DNA from: an uncultured virus (IMG/VR IMGVR_UViG_3300042375_000779)
Lineage: Duplodnaviria > Heunggongvirae > Uroviricota > Caudoviricetes
DNA: 64,000 nt
Direction: 5' to 3' (one strand)
Virus record (IMG/VR): IMGVR_UViG_3300042375_000779
Shown: positions 50,692 through 59,376 of the stretch, piece by piece
Numbering within the stretch: the stretch's first letter is position 1
How the letters are laid out: each line of letters opens with the position of its first letter
Translations under genes and position numbers: made by a program
The notes under the pieces: model-generated
Told to the model about the DNA's origin: nothing
Seen by the model: the letters and a program-made list of their open reading frames with translations, nothing else
Database searches by the model: none

Positions 50692-51039
50692 TTACTTTTT
50701 TAATACTATTATTGTTTTTTTTATTTCATTTTTTGTAACGTCCTCTATTGTTAAATATAAATATTGGGATTGTATTGAATTTGTGTAAATCTTCTTTATA
50801 TTTTCACCAATTTGTCCATTAAATCTTTCTCGACTAATTACTTGTCCACTTTCTTTATCGGTCATAGTTAAGGTGTAAACACCCGTGGATGGTAAATCAA
50901 AGTAAATAGATTGACCATTTATTACACTACTTTCGGATACGTCAAATACCCTTTCTTTGATATTAATCTCTGGTATTGGTAATTCAGGTTTAGTACACCC
51001 AACCAAAAAAATCAACGATATCAATATTAGTTTTTTCAT
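50692..51039 (-). CDS. Lipoprotein with a T9SS CTD-like Ig domain
   Basis: LVGC lipobox; YTLTMTD..GQVISRE...GEN.KKIYT, paralogous to the previous gene. Confidence 0.55.
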   Translation of the reverse strand: MKKLILISLIFLVGCTKPELPIPEINIKERVFDVSESSVINGQSIYFDLPSTGVYTLTMTDKESGQVISRERFNGQIGENIKKIYTNSIQSQYLYLTIEDVTKNEIKKTIIVLKK

Positions 51040-51932
51040 TAAAATTGAAAGTTTGTTCCTATCATAAATAGGATTGGGTTAGCCTTTTTATATCCTACGG
51101 ATTCTGACAACTTATCCCAAGTTGTGTTATATCTGATGTTAGTGTTTAATATGAACCTTTTAGTTATCTTCCAATCCATAGATGTTCCATAATATAAGTC
51201 CAAATTGAAATCGTCTATATATGATAAATCCGATTCTGTACCATCTTTAAATACTTTATATACATCACTCATTGCAAATATTTGTGGTGATATGTTTACT
51301 CTCTTTGTTTTCAATGTGTATGTGTACATCACCATACCTCTATAACTTATTTCACTTGATGCTGGTACCATTGGATATATTAAATCTTTAAAATCACCAT
51401 TTTCATCTACCGTATATTTTCCTTCCCATTGACCTTCATATGTTCCCCAAAAAGATTTTGATGCAATTACACTATAACCAAATGTTCCAAACTTTTTAGT
51501 TCTAAACACATCAATAAACGATAGTGTAACATCTTTTTGGAAATCAAAATCTGTAGAATAGAATGTTTGCAATGTGGTTGTTCTTTTTTCTGTGTTTCTA
51601 CTAAGACCATAACCCACACCATAATAATTCCATATAGGATTTATTGACGCCGCGAACGTATGTCCCCATTGACCATTCATAGATGATTTATTGTAACCTA
51701 AATTAAGAGTGGTTGACACTTGCTTTCCTATTATACCAACTGAAAGGTTTGATGATGATAGAACATCTTTTGAAAAATTAACATACGATTGTAATATACC
51801 CACATCGTTCCAATCATCACTTTCTCCAAACAATTCTTTTGGTGATAATTGTAACGTATCAGGTTTTACAATTTGTGCGTTTGTAACAAATGTTGTTGAA
51901 ATTAGTAACAGAATTATTATTAGTATTTTCAT
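51039..51932 (-). CDS. Outer-membrane beta-barrel protein
   Basis: Signal peptide, alternating aromatic strands, C-terminal beta-signal GTNFQF. Confidence 0.7.
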   Translation of the reverse strand: MKILIIILLLISTTFVTNAQIVKPDTLQLSPKELFGESDDWNDVGILQSYVNFSKDVLSSSNLSVGIIGKQVSTTLNLGYNKSSMNGQWGHTFAASINPIWNYYGVGYGLSRNTEKRTTTLQTFYSTDFDFQKDVTLSFIDVFRTKKFGTFGYSVIASKSFWGTYEGQWEGKYTVDENGDFKDLIYPMVPASSEISYRGMVMYTYTLKTKRVNISPQIFAMSDVYKVFKDGTESDLSYIDDFNLDLYYGTSMDWKITKRFILNTNIRYNTTWDKLSESVGYKKANPILFMIGTNFQF

Positions 51933-54223
51933 TAGTTTACTTTTACTTTTAATTGTGTTCCATTTTTATTAACTGCATCAGTTGTTGATATTGAAGTCAA
52001 CCCTAATATTCCAGTTAATCCAATTTTTGGTACAAATGTTATTTTATATTCTGTTGTTTTATCTAATGTATTTGAACCATCGGTTATTAATGAACCCAAC
52101 GTTATATATGAACCTCTATCGGTTCCAAAATTGGTTGGGTTACCTTTAGTTGTAAATTCTATCTTTTCTAACTTTAATAACGTGTTATCATAATTCAAGT
52201 TGAATTGAGTACCAACCACCTCTTGTTGTAATGGGTCTACTAATATTGTTACTATTAATTTACCTCCAATGTTTTCACCCATTAGATATGCGTTAATTTG
52301 ATTAGAAACTGAATTAGTACTCAAACTCATAGTTCTAATAGAATTACCTACAACACCGGTTGCACTTTGTTGTGCGGAATGAGATAGGTTTACATCACCT
52401 TTCCAAGTTACATTTACATTGTATGTATTATTAAGTGTACCTGTGTTTAAACTAAACGGAAATAAACTTCTTGTTGAATTAAATTTTGTATTCCAATTAG
52501 ATTTAGTAATTCCATCGTAATCTGATTTACTATAAAGTTTCATCAAATATGTCAATGCTGAATATTCTGTAAGTGGTTGAACTCCTGTCAAATGTTGTAA
52601 TAGTTTATATGTATCTCCTTCATTGAATATACCATTACCATCTACATCCGCGTTCAAAAATTGAATACCATTTGTAAATTCATTTCCACTTTCATTTCCA
52701 AATAATCCACCATTAGCTAATTCCTTAAATGCTAAATAAACATCTGTTACGGTTACAACACTACTATATAATGTGTTTAACTCACTTTGTGAGTTTGCAA
52801 TTATATCAATTCCGTGTTGTTTATAACTTTGAATTGGTGAGAAAGTAAATTCTGCTCTTGTTCCGTACCAACCATCTTGTAATCTTAATTGTGCCTGAAA
52901 TGTGGATGATGTTATCTTAGTTGTCAAATTACCGGGCATTATATAAGTTTTCCAAAACCCACTTACACTATGAATACTAACCGGTCCATCGTATATATCA
53001 AATAATTTAACTGATGTTATATCACTTGGAGATACTCCTGTTCCATCAAATTCTCTTTCGTCTATTAACAATTGATGACCACCTAAATTTGCGTCATATG
53101 GATTTATTATTGCCCATTCAACTTGTCCTGCCGTTGTTGATGCTTTAGTACCAACACCACTTACTTTTGCGGTATCTAAATCATTTGTTAAATCAACTTT
53201 ACCTAAACCACTTATAGCTCTTGATGTGTTAGTTGTTGTACTCCATAGATTATTTACATATCTGTTCGCCTTTGCTGAAAATTTAGTTTCATCCACATTA
53301 CCACCAAAGTCAAAATTAAATTTAGCGGTTAATACTTCACCATTTGAATGAGATACACTATTGGTATAAAATTCAGTAAATGTTGCATCATCGGGATTAG
53401 ACCAAGTTCCATATTCAATTACATAAGGATTTGCAAAATGATTTGGTAAATCATTCCATTGTGAACCATTCCATTTGGTTACCGCGTAGTCCTCATTACC
53501 ACTATCATTTGGTTCACCAGGTGCCCAGTTGTTGTATTGACCAGAAATGTTACCATTTAATTGGCCATTGTTGATTTTAATTAAAGTTCCCTTTTCAGGT
53601 CCAGCATCTATTGTCCATCTTGCTTCACTTGCTTCATCCGTTAATGCAAACCAGATATTTGATTGGGGTACATTTGCAAAAATAAATGCATCTTCATCTG
53701 CTGAAGTAATTGTTACCAAATATCCAGTTTGACCTTTGAATGTTGTTAATAGAGAAGCCGCTCTCGCCGCCGTATAAGTTGCACCGGTTGTTATTGGTCT
53801 ATAAAAGTGTCCGTTTACACCATTGTAATAATATCCCGTTGGGTTTATAGTTGCTGCTACCGATAAAGCAATATTACCTCTTACTGAACCTGTATTTACT
53901 TTTAGGGATGTTAGTGCCGTATTGATACTTGCCATTGTACCCGTTACCACCAAACGAGTTTTATTACCACTTAAAGTAAATCCACTTGCCGCTGTTAATC
54001 CGGTTGTAGTGTTTAATACAAATGTTGTCCCTGATGGAGGATTAACTAAACTAATTGACGCTAACAGTGTGGCTGTTGAATTAAACCCACTTAAAACAAA
54101 ACCACTAGCATCTTGTGCACTAGTGGATTGTAAAAAAGACTTAGAGTCTGGTGCAGAAACACTTTGCCCATTCGTTACAAACGAGCAAAGTGTTAGTAGT
54201 AATATTGTTATTATTTTTTTCAA
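51932..54223 (-). CDS. Exported protein: C-type lectin domain, dockerin-like motif and C-terminal cohesin-like domain
   Basis: YNNWAPGEPNDSGNEDY...WNDL (CTL, EPN/WND motifs); ADVDGNGIFNEGD; VVGTQFNLNYDNTLLKL. Confidence 0.72.
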   Translation of the reverse strand: MKKIITILLLTLCSFVTNGQSVSAPDSKSFLQSTSAQDASGFVLSGFNSTATLLASISLVNPPSGTTFVLNTTTGLTAASGFTLSGNKTRLVVTGTMASINTALTSLKVNTGSVRGNIALSVAATINPTGYYYNGVNGHFYRPITTGATYTAARAASLLTTFKGQTGYLVTITSADEDAFIFANVPQSNIWFALTDEASEARWTIDAGPEKGTLIKINNGQLNGNISGQYNNWAPGEPNDSGNEDYAVTKWNGSQWNDLPNHFANPYVIEYGTWSNPDDATFTEFYTNSVSHSNGEVLTAKFNFDFGGNVDETKFSAKANRYVNNLWSTTTNTSRAISGLGKVDLTNDLDTAKVSGVGTKASTTAGQVEWAIINPYDANLGGHQLLIDEREFDGTGVSPSDITSVKLFDIYDGPVSIHSVSGFWKTYIMPGNLTTKITSSTFQAQLRLQDGWYGTRAEFTFSPIQSYKQHGIDIIANSQSELNTLYSSVVTVTDVYLAFKELANGGLFGNESGNEFTNGIQFLNADVDGNGIFNEGDTYKLLQHLTGVQPLTEYSALTYLMKLYSKSDYDGITKSNWNTKFNSTRSLFPFSLNTGTLNNTYNVNVTWKGDVNLSHSAQQSATGVVGNSIRTMSLSTNSVSNQINAYLMGENIGGKLIVTILVDPLQQEVVGTQFNLNYDNTLLKLEKIEFTTKGNPTNFGTDRGSYITLGSLITDGSNTLDKTTEYKITFVPKIGLTGILGLTSISTTDAVNKNGTQLKVKVN

Positions 54224-54225
54224 AA

Positions 54226-55893
54226 CTATTCAACTATCAAGTTAATTTTATTACCCTTTGCGTCAACCGCGTCAGATAAAACAAAATAGAATAAACCTGC
54301 AGTATTACTTAATGTTGTTTTTGGTGTAAAAATTAATTTATAAGGAATACCAACTTTTATTCTAGCTGTTTTTGTTTGGTCAATAGATCCAAATGTTAAT
54401 CTACCATTATCGTGTGTTGTAAAGTTGGTAATAGTGCTACCCGCATCAAATTTTACTTCATCTAATGTTAATTTTGAATTATCATAATTCATAATAACTT
54501 GTAGACCAGCTAAATCTGATTTAGTTAATGTGGTTGTTAATACCACTTTACCATTTTCTAATGTAGATGTAACACTTAATTTGGCAGTTTCCAATGTTGG
54601 TGCTGTATATGACATAGTAGAATTTAAAGCCATTGTTCTATTCGTAGAACCAACGGAAGAACCAGGGTTTACTGAATTTGCGTAATTACCAGAAGATATT
54701 CTAGTTGCAATCTCAGTAGGTGAAGATGAATGTGAATAATCCAAATCGCCACCCCAAGTATAAACCATATCCACAGCTTGTATTGGTGAGGTAACCGTTG
54801 TTTTATATGTTGGAGTACCATCTAACCAACTTTGGTTTAGTAACCCTGTCATCCATTTAAAATTAACCACTCCATTTACAGGTGCGGCGTTTGATGGAAT
54901 CATTGCGTTCGCAGATACATCAACACCCATTACGTGAGAAAATAAATAATAAGAATCACTCTCACTAAAAGTTGTTTTGTTTTTAGTTATTAAACCAATT
55001 TTCTTTTCTAATATTGGATATGTAAAATAATTTGCGGTACCGCTAATATCTGTTTGTGAAATACCCAAAAACGCCTTATATGCGTCAGATACTGTTACGA
55101 TATTATTCATAAATGTTTTTTGAGTTGCGGCATTTACAAATACCGCAAATGAATCCCCAACCTTAACCTGGGTAGTGAATATCGCTTCACCACTTGCATC
55201 TAAAGATTTAGATGCGATTGATTGTGCGGTCCAGTTAACATCTCCTGTGGTTGTTAATGGTATTAACGAAACACTATGAGCCGTAATGTCATATCCACTT
55301 GGAAACAATACTCTTACTTTAAATTGCGACGTGTTTCCAATAACGTTAGTTAATGATACTAAACCTGTGGTTGTTGAAATTGGTGAAATGTTAGCACCAG
55401 TTGCATCGTATGAATAGGATAAATCTAATTTATGAATATCGGTATACGCCCCCAAATCTTTAATTACATATTTTTGAGTTGCAATATCCCCATCAATAGA
55501 TGAGTCCGTTCTTTGAACCGTTAATTGACCCACATTCCAATCTGAATTTGCAACATATGACCAAGGGGAAGCCTGATATTGTTCATATAAACTAGTGGTT
55601 GGTTTAGTTGAATTTGGGGTAAACTTATAGTTACTCCAAGTAGTATAAAACGTTTGAACTGAACTACCTTGAGACCAAGTGGTACTAACGTAAGCCAATG
55701 CTTTATTATTAAATTGATATCTTAACCAAAAATAACGAGGTGTTGTAGAACCCTTAGCGGTTGTATATTTTACCTGTATAGTGTCCCCAACTTTATATGT
55801 TGGTTTACTAACAATTGTTTGATTAATTGTTAATTGTGCAAATGACGAAAGGGATATTGTTAATATCCCAATAAGTGTTAATAGTTTTTTCAT
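54226..55893 (-). CDS. Exported cohesin-like-domain protein, paralog of 51932-54223
   Basis: Signal peptide; IVTVSDAY, WGGDLDYSHS, LAGLQVIMNYDNSKLTL...SDAVD. Confidence 0.68.
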   Translation of the reverse strand: MKKLLTLIGILTISLSSFAQLTINQTIVSKPTYKVGDTIQVKYTTAKGSTTPRYFWLRYQFNNKALAYVSTTWSQGSSVQTFYTTWSNYKFTPNSTKPTTSLYEQYQASPWSYVANSDWNVGQLTVQRTDSSIDGDIATQKYVIKDLGAYTDIHKLDLSYSYDATGANISPISTTTGLVSLTNVIGNTSQFKVRVLFPSGYDITAHSVSLIPLTTTGDVNWTAQSIASKSLDASGEAIFTTQVKVGDSFAVFVNAATQKTFMNNIVTVSDAYKAFLGISQTDISGTANYFTYPILEKKIGLITKNKTTFSESDSYYLFSHVMGVDVSANAMIPSNAAPVNGVVNFKWMTGLLNQSWLDGTPTYKTTVTSPIQAVDMVYTWGGDLDYSHSSSPTEIATRISSGNYANSVNPGSSVGSTNRTMALNSTMSYTAPTLETAKLSVTSTLENGKVVLTTTLTKSDLAGLQVIMNYDNSKLTLDEVKFDAGSTITNFTTHDNGRLTFGSIDQTKTARIKVGIPYKLIFTPKTTLSNTAGLFYFVLSDAVDAKGNKINLIVE

Positions 55894-55895
55894 TA

Positions 55896-56540
55896 TTATT
55901 GTAAAATTTTAGTAACTAACTTATCGCAAGTCTTTTTAAGAGCATTGCTCAACGATGTTTGATTAAATTGACCACCTTCGTCCACAATAAGAGTTGACAT
56001 TGAAATTTCAGATGAACTCTCCTCTACAATAATTTCTTTTTCTTTTTTACCATCCTTATAAAGGATACCTTTCATTCTGATAACAACCTCTTCTTCGTTT
56101 TTGTGAAAGACAGATATGTTTTTCTTAGTTGTTAATACATCTAAGTAAACGATTTCAACCTTTAACTTGTTTGGTGCGCTTGGTGTTAAGTCGTAGTTTT
56201 TCTCCTGAAGGTATTCCTCCAACATATTCTTAACTCCAAACTCTAAATTCCTGTTACCAGCAAGTTTTCCGATTTTTACGTTATTAACAACACTTTCAAC
56301 CCAGATGTGTTCATCTGCGTTATACATAATGTTATTTGGATCATTTTTGAATGTTCCGTCGATTCTGTGCTCGACATTGTTTGCCCATCTACCAAGAATT
56401 TCCTCATTTCCCGAAACTTGTAAAATCACTGCGGTTACTTGGGTAAGTAAAGCCACAACGATAAACACCATTGCGAAAATCAAAAAACCTTGAATAAATC
56501 TGTCCCTAACGGCAAGGGTAATTGATCTAACTTTTTCCAT
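55896..56540 (-). CDS. Membrane-anchored CsgG-like protein, paralog of 47440-48159
   Basis: N-terminal TM; RNLEFGVKNMLEEYL and FNQTSLSNALKK match the paralog's GLGVANISMEYL and FNQSTISIATKK. Confidence 0.55.
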   Translation of the reverse strand: MEKVRSITLAVRDRFIQGFLIFAMVFIVVALLTQVTAVILQVSGNEEILGRWANNVEHRIDGTFKNDPNNIMYNADEHIWVESVVNNVKIGKLAGNRNLEFGVKNMLEEYLQEKNYDLTPSAPNKLKVEIVYLDVLTTKKNISVFHKNEEEVVIRMKGILYKDGKKEKEIIVEESSSEISMSTLIVDEGGQFNQTSLSNALKKTCDKLVTKILQ

Positions 56541-56611
56541 TTGTTTTTAGTTTAGTTTGTACCCTAAAAACACAGTTAAACCATTATGTGAGGAGTAACT
56601 TATCTTTAAGA

Positions 56612-56632
56612 ATACATTTATTTATTTTGTCC
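56612..56632 (+). repeat. 21-bp direct repeat, right copy
   Basis: ATACATTTATTTATTTTGTCC. Confidence 0.85.
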
Positions 56633-56721
56633 ATTTATAAATATCTAGATAATGACATACGTCATTAAAAAGTTATTTTTATTTTATTTTAACTTTTCTT
56701 GATTATATACGTATTTATTAG

Positions 56722-56729
56722 TATCTTTG
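56722..56729 (+). promoter_or_regulatory. Bacteroidota sigmaA -7 element upstream of the tRNA cluster
   Basis: TATCTTTG = TAnnTTTG. Similar sites at 30202, 40622, 57270, 59447 and 61245, and on the minus strand at 6814 and 25864. Confidence 0.65.
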
Positions 56730-56876
56730 TAAAAGAAAAAGATAAAACTAAATTCAATGAGACAATTAACACATACAATGTCATTTTCAAACCAACCTAA
56801 TTGGAATGAGCTACCTATGTCCATATGTCTCGATGATACTGATGTCGGTTAATTTAATTTAACTTAAAATATTAGA

Positions 56877-56909
56877 AAACCTCGGGACGTAAAAATCTCG
56901 AGGTTTTTT
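56877..56909 (+). terminator. Terminator-like hairpin between a short leader ORF and the first tRNA
   Basis: AAACCTCGGGA...TCTCGAGGTTTTTT. Confidence 0.65.
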
Positions 56910-56914
56910 GTTTT

Positions 56915-56987
56915 AGAGTAGTTGACCAATAGGTAGGTCCCTTGCTTTGGGAGCAAGTGCGTGCAGGTTCGACCCCTGTCTACTCTA
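56915..56987 (+). tRNA. tRNA-Pro(TGG)
   Basis: Cloverleaf with acceptor AGAGTAG/CTACTCT, anticodon arm CTTGC-TTTGGGA-GCAAG and TTCGA loop. Confidence 0.85.
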
Positions 56988-56992
56988 CAGTT

Positions 56993-57064
56993 GTTGATGT
57001 AGCTTAATGGTGAAGCTTTCGGCTGTTAACCGAACGACTATAGGTTCGAGTCCTATCATCAACG
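56993..57064 (+). tRNA. tRNA-Asn(GTT)
   Basis: GTTGATG/CATCAAC; TTCGG-CTGTTAA-CCGAA. Confidence 0.9.
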
Positions 57065-57071
57065 CGACAAT

Positions 57072-57151
57072 ACCCGAGTGGTGGAATGGTATACACAGCG
57101 GTCTTAGAAGCCGTGTCGAAAGACGTGTCGGTTCGAGTCCGACCTTGGGTA
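57072..57151 (+). tRNA. tRNA-Leu(TAG)
   Basis: ACCCGAG/CTTGGGT; GCGGT-CTTAGAA-GCCGT; type II variable arm. Confidence 0.9.
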
Positions 57152-57156
57152 CATAA

Positions 57157-57227
57157 TGTCCTTTGGTATAACGGTAGTACAGGTGTATTTGGCACATCTA
57201 GTTGAGGTTCGAATCCTTGAGGGACAA
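57157..57227 (+). tRNA. tRNA-Gln(TTG)
   Basis: TGTCCTT/AGGGACA; GGTGT-ATTTGGC-ACATC. Confidence 0.82.
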
Positions 57228-57289
57228 CAAAAAGATTTGAGATATTTTTGTATATTCGAAATTATTTCATATCTTTGTATAACAAACAT

Positions 57290-57361
57290 CGCGAGATAGA
57301 GCAGCGGTAGCTCGGAAGGCTCATAACCTTTAGGTCGGGGGTTCGATTCCCTCTCTCGCAA
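57290..57361 (+). tRNA. Initiator tRNA-fMet(CAT)
   Basis: C1:A72 mismatch (CGCGAGA/TCTCGCA); GAAGG-CTCATAA-CCTTT. Confidence 0.85.
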
Positions 57362-57376
57362 CTAAAACTTTGGACT

Positions 57377-57496
57377 ATGGCTAGAACATCGAGAAGAGTG
57401 GCAAAAAGGGCTAGTAAAGCTTTAAGTAGTAAGAAATCGAGTAGAACTACGAAAACTCTTGCTGGTTCGGCTTTAAGACAAAGGAGAAGAAAATAG
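57377..57496 (+). CDS. 39-aa highly basic peptide (not in the ORF track)
   Basis: MARTSRRVAKRASKALSSKKSSRTTKTLAGSALRQRRRK*. Confidence 0.55.
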   Translation: MARTSRRVAKRASKALSSKKSSRTTKTLAGSALRQRRRK

Positions 57497-57869
57497 TATA
57501 TTGGTTGATTGGGATTTAACGGGGCTAGCAAATAAGCGAGAAACGCCAATCATAAAAACAGATGTCCACTCCCCCATCTTCTGTTTTCCAAAAAGATAAT
57601 CAGGTGACGACGGTGGTGTGACCCCACTGTCTATAAATCCCAAAAAACTGTCTTGATTCGCGGTATCAGAGCGGTGAGGGTAGAGTTACTATAAGTCGGG
57701 AGTAATTACCCAATGACGAAAATGTAACCACAGACATAGGGATATGTTTGTTATGATGTACGAACGGGTGCGAAAAACCTGTAATTTTTTTGAGACTAAC
57801 TCAACGAGGACTTTGTCAACCAGAGCAGTGACTCGGATGGTGCAATTTAAGTGAGTTAGAATCAATTTT

Positions 57870-57943
57870 GGATTGGTAGTTCAGTTGGTTAGAATGCCTG
57901 CCTGTCACGCAGGAGGTCGCGAGTTCGAGTCTCGTCCAGTCCG
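57870..57943 (+). tRNA. tRNA-Asp(GTC)
   Basis: GGATTGG/CCAGTCC; CCTGC-CTGTCAC-GCAGG; G73. Confidence 0.93.
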
Positions 57944-58153
57944 CAATGAGTAAGAAGTACTCAGTAAGTTTGGTAACGTTCTTTCAAGATGTTATGGTTG
58001 TCTCCTACCACGGCCTTAAGAGGGGGTCTCGGAATATGGGGGTAACAATCCCACCGAGTATGTTTGACTTTTATGTGCGGGTAAGACCGTCTCGTGTTTT
58101 CAATACGAAAACAGAAGAAAAATCCACTCACTGGGACTTCAGGTGGGACAATT

Positions 58154-58239
58154 GGAGAGATGGCAGAGTTGGTCTATCGCGTCGGTCTTGAAAACCGAAG
58201 TACTGAAAGGTACCGTGGGTTCGAATCCTACTCTCTCCG
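58154..58239 (+). tRNA. tRNA-Ser(TGA)
   Basis: GGAGAGA/TCTCTCC; TCGGT-CTTGAAA-ACCGA; long variable arm. Confidence 0.93.
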
Positions 58240-58476
58240 CAAAGAATTAACTAAGATACTGTAAAACCAGTAGGTGGTGATTCCAGATTTATCTGTGAAC
58301 CATTTAAACCCTGATAGCAATGTTAGTTCTTAATTAATCACAAATAAAAATGTGAGTTATAGTAAAGTAGCCAATTATAAACCAACATAAAGCTGTTGGA
58401 TACAGACGGAGTAATTAACCAGAGTATAGTGCAACAATTGTGATATTATGACAAATACCCATTTGAGTGATTACTT

Positions 58477-58548
58477 GCTCAGTTCGACTAAGGGTTAGGT
58501 CACATCCCTTTCACGGATGTAATACGGGTTCGAATCCCGTACTGAGTA
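58477..58548 (+). tRNA. tRNA-Glu(TTC)
   Basis: GCTCAGT/ACTGAGT; CATCC-CTTTCAC-GGATG. Confidence 0.9.
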
Positions 58549-58627
58549 CAATATTTTTTTTATGTTAAGATATTGATTTTCAATATTTTATTTCGTATGT
58601 TTGTTATATTATTAATATTTATAATAT

Positions 58628-58930
58628 ATGATAGATAAAATCACATTATCGTTAATGTTATTTTTTAATACATTAACATCATCTATCGATCCAAGCCTTT
58701 CCGATGAAAGAAAGTCAGTCAATCAAATAAAAAAAGAGATTAAATCTCTTGAAAGAAAGATTGAATGGGTTGAAGTAACAGATGAGAATTACGCTAGCAG
58801 GGCCGTCAAAACCAAAGGAATCACGGACGAGATTACCAAATTAAATGGTAAAATTGTAAAGATTGAGAAGGTTGCAAATTTAAAAGATAAGTGGGCTAAG
58901 GAGGATTCCTTAACCAAATCAAAAAAATGA
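58628..58930 (+). CDS. Exported/membrane coiled-coil protein
   Basis: Hydrophobic N-terminus; TATTTATA at 58616. Confidence 0.55.
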   Translation: MIDKITLSLMLFFNTLTSSIDPSLSDERKSVNQIKKEIKSLERKIEWVEVTDENYASRAVKTKGITDEITKLNGKIVKIEKVANLKDKWAKEDSLTKSKK

Positions 58931-59376
58931 AAAAAATTTTATTAGTGCTAACGTTACTTTTGGGAGTGGAAGTCGTAGCAAATGGACAAGAGTGGTTTAT
59001 AACTGCCACTCGAAAAGGCGGTCCATCAGATGGTTATATAACGGGTGGTTTTATGAAAAAGGGTTGGGGATTCTATGCGGGTCTTCCCTATGGTGAAATA
59101 GGAGGCCCAAACGGTGGAATTACAATTCCTCCTGGTGTCAATACCAGAACAGGAAACGTATCTGATAATATGAAGTTTGGCGTTCTTAGACAAGTAAAAG
59201 AAGACAAGGCAATTGTTGGGTTTGGATTACAACCAACAATTGATGGAAATAAACCAAATTTTCTTATAATGTACAATCCACTAAGACCAAGTAGTGTCAT
59301 AAATTTATGGACAATTGGTAATGTTGTTGGTGATGATTTAACATTAGGACTTGGATTATCATATAAAATAAAATAA
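58927..59376 (+). CDS. Small outer-membrane beta-barrel-like protein
   Basis: Signal peptide, Gly/aromatic strands, ends LGLGLSYKIK. Confidence 0.55.
   Translation: MKKILLVLTLLLGVEVVANGQEWFITATRKGGPSDGYITGGFMKKGWGFYAGLPYGEIGGPNGGITIPPGVNTRTGNVSDNMKFGVLRQVKEDKAIVGFGLQPTIDGNKPNFLIMYNPLRPSSVINLWTIGNVVGDDLTLGLGLSYKIK

Noticed and set aside
56985..58191. Track ORFs overlapping the tRNA cluster
   Set aside because: They are antisense to or overlap clear tRNA cloverleafs
57796..58444. Theta (HDV-like) ribozymes after tRNAs, suggested by GCAA before a closing stem
   Set aside because: I could not build the P1-P2-P3 nested double pseudoknot; kept only as unnamed structured modules
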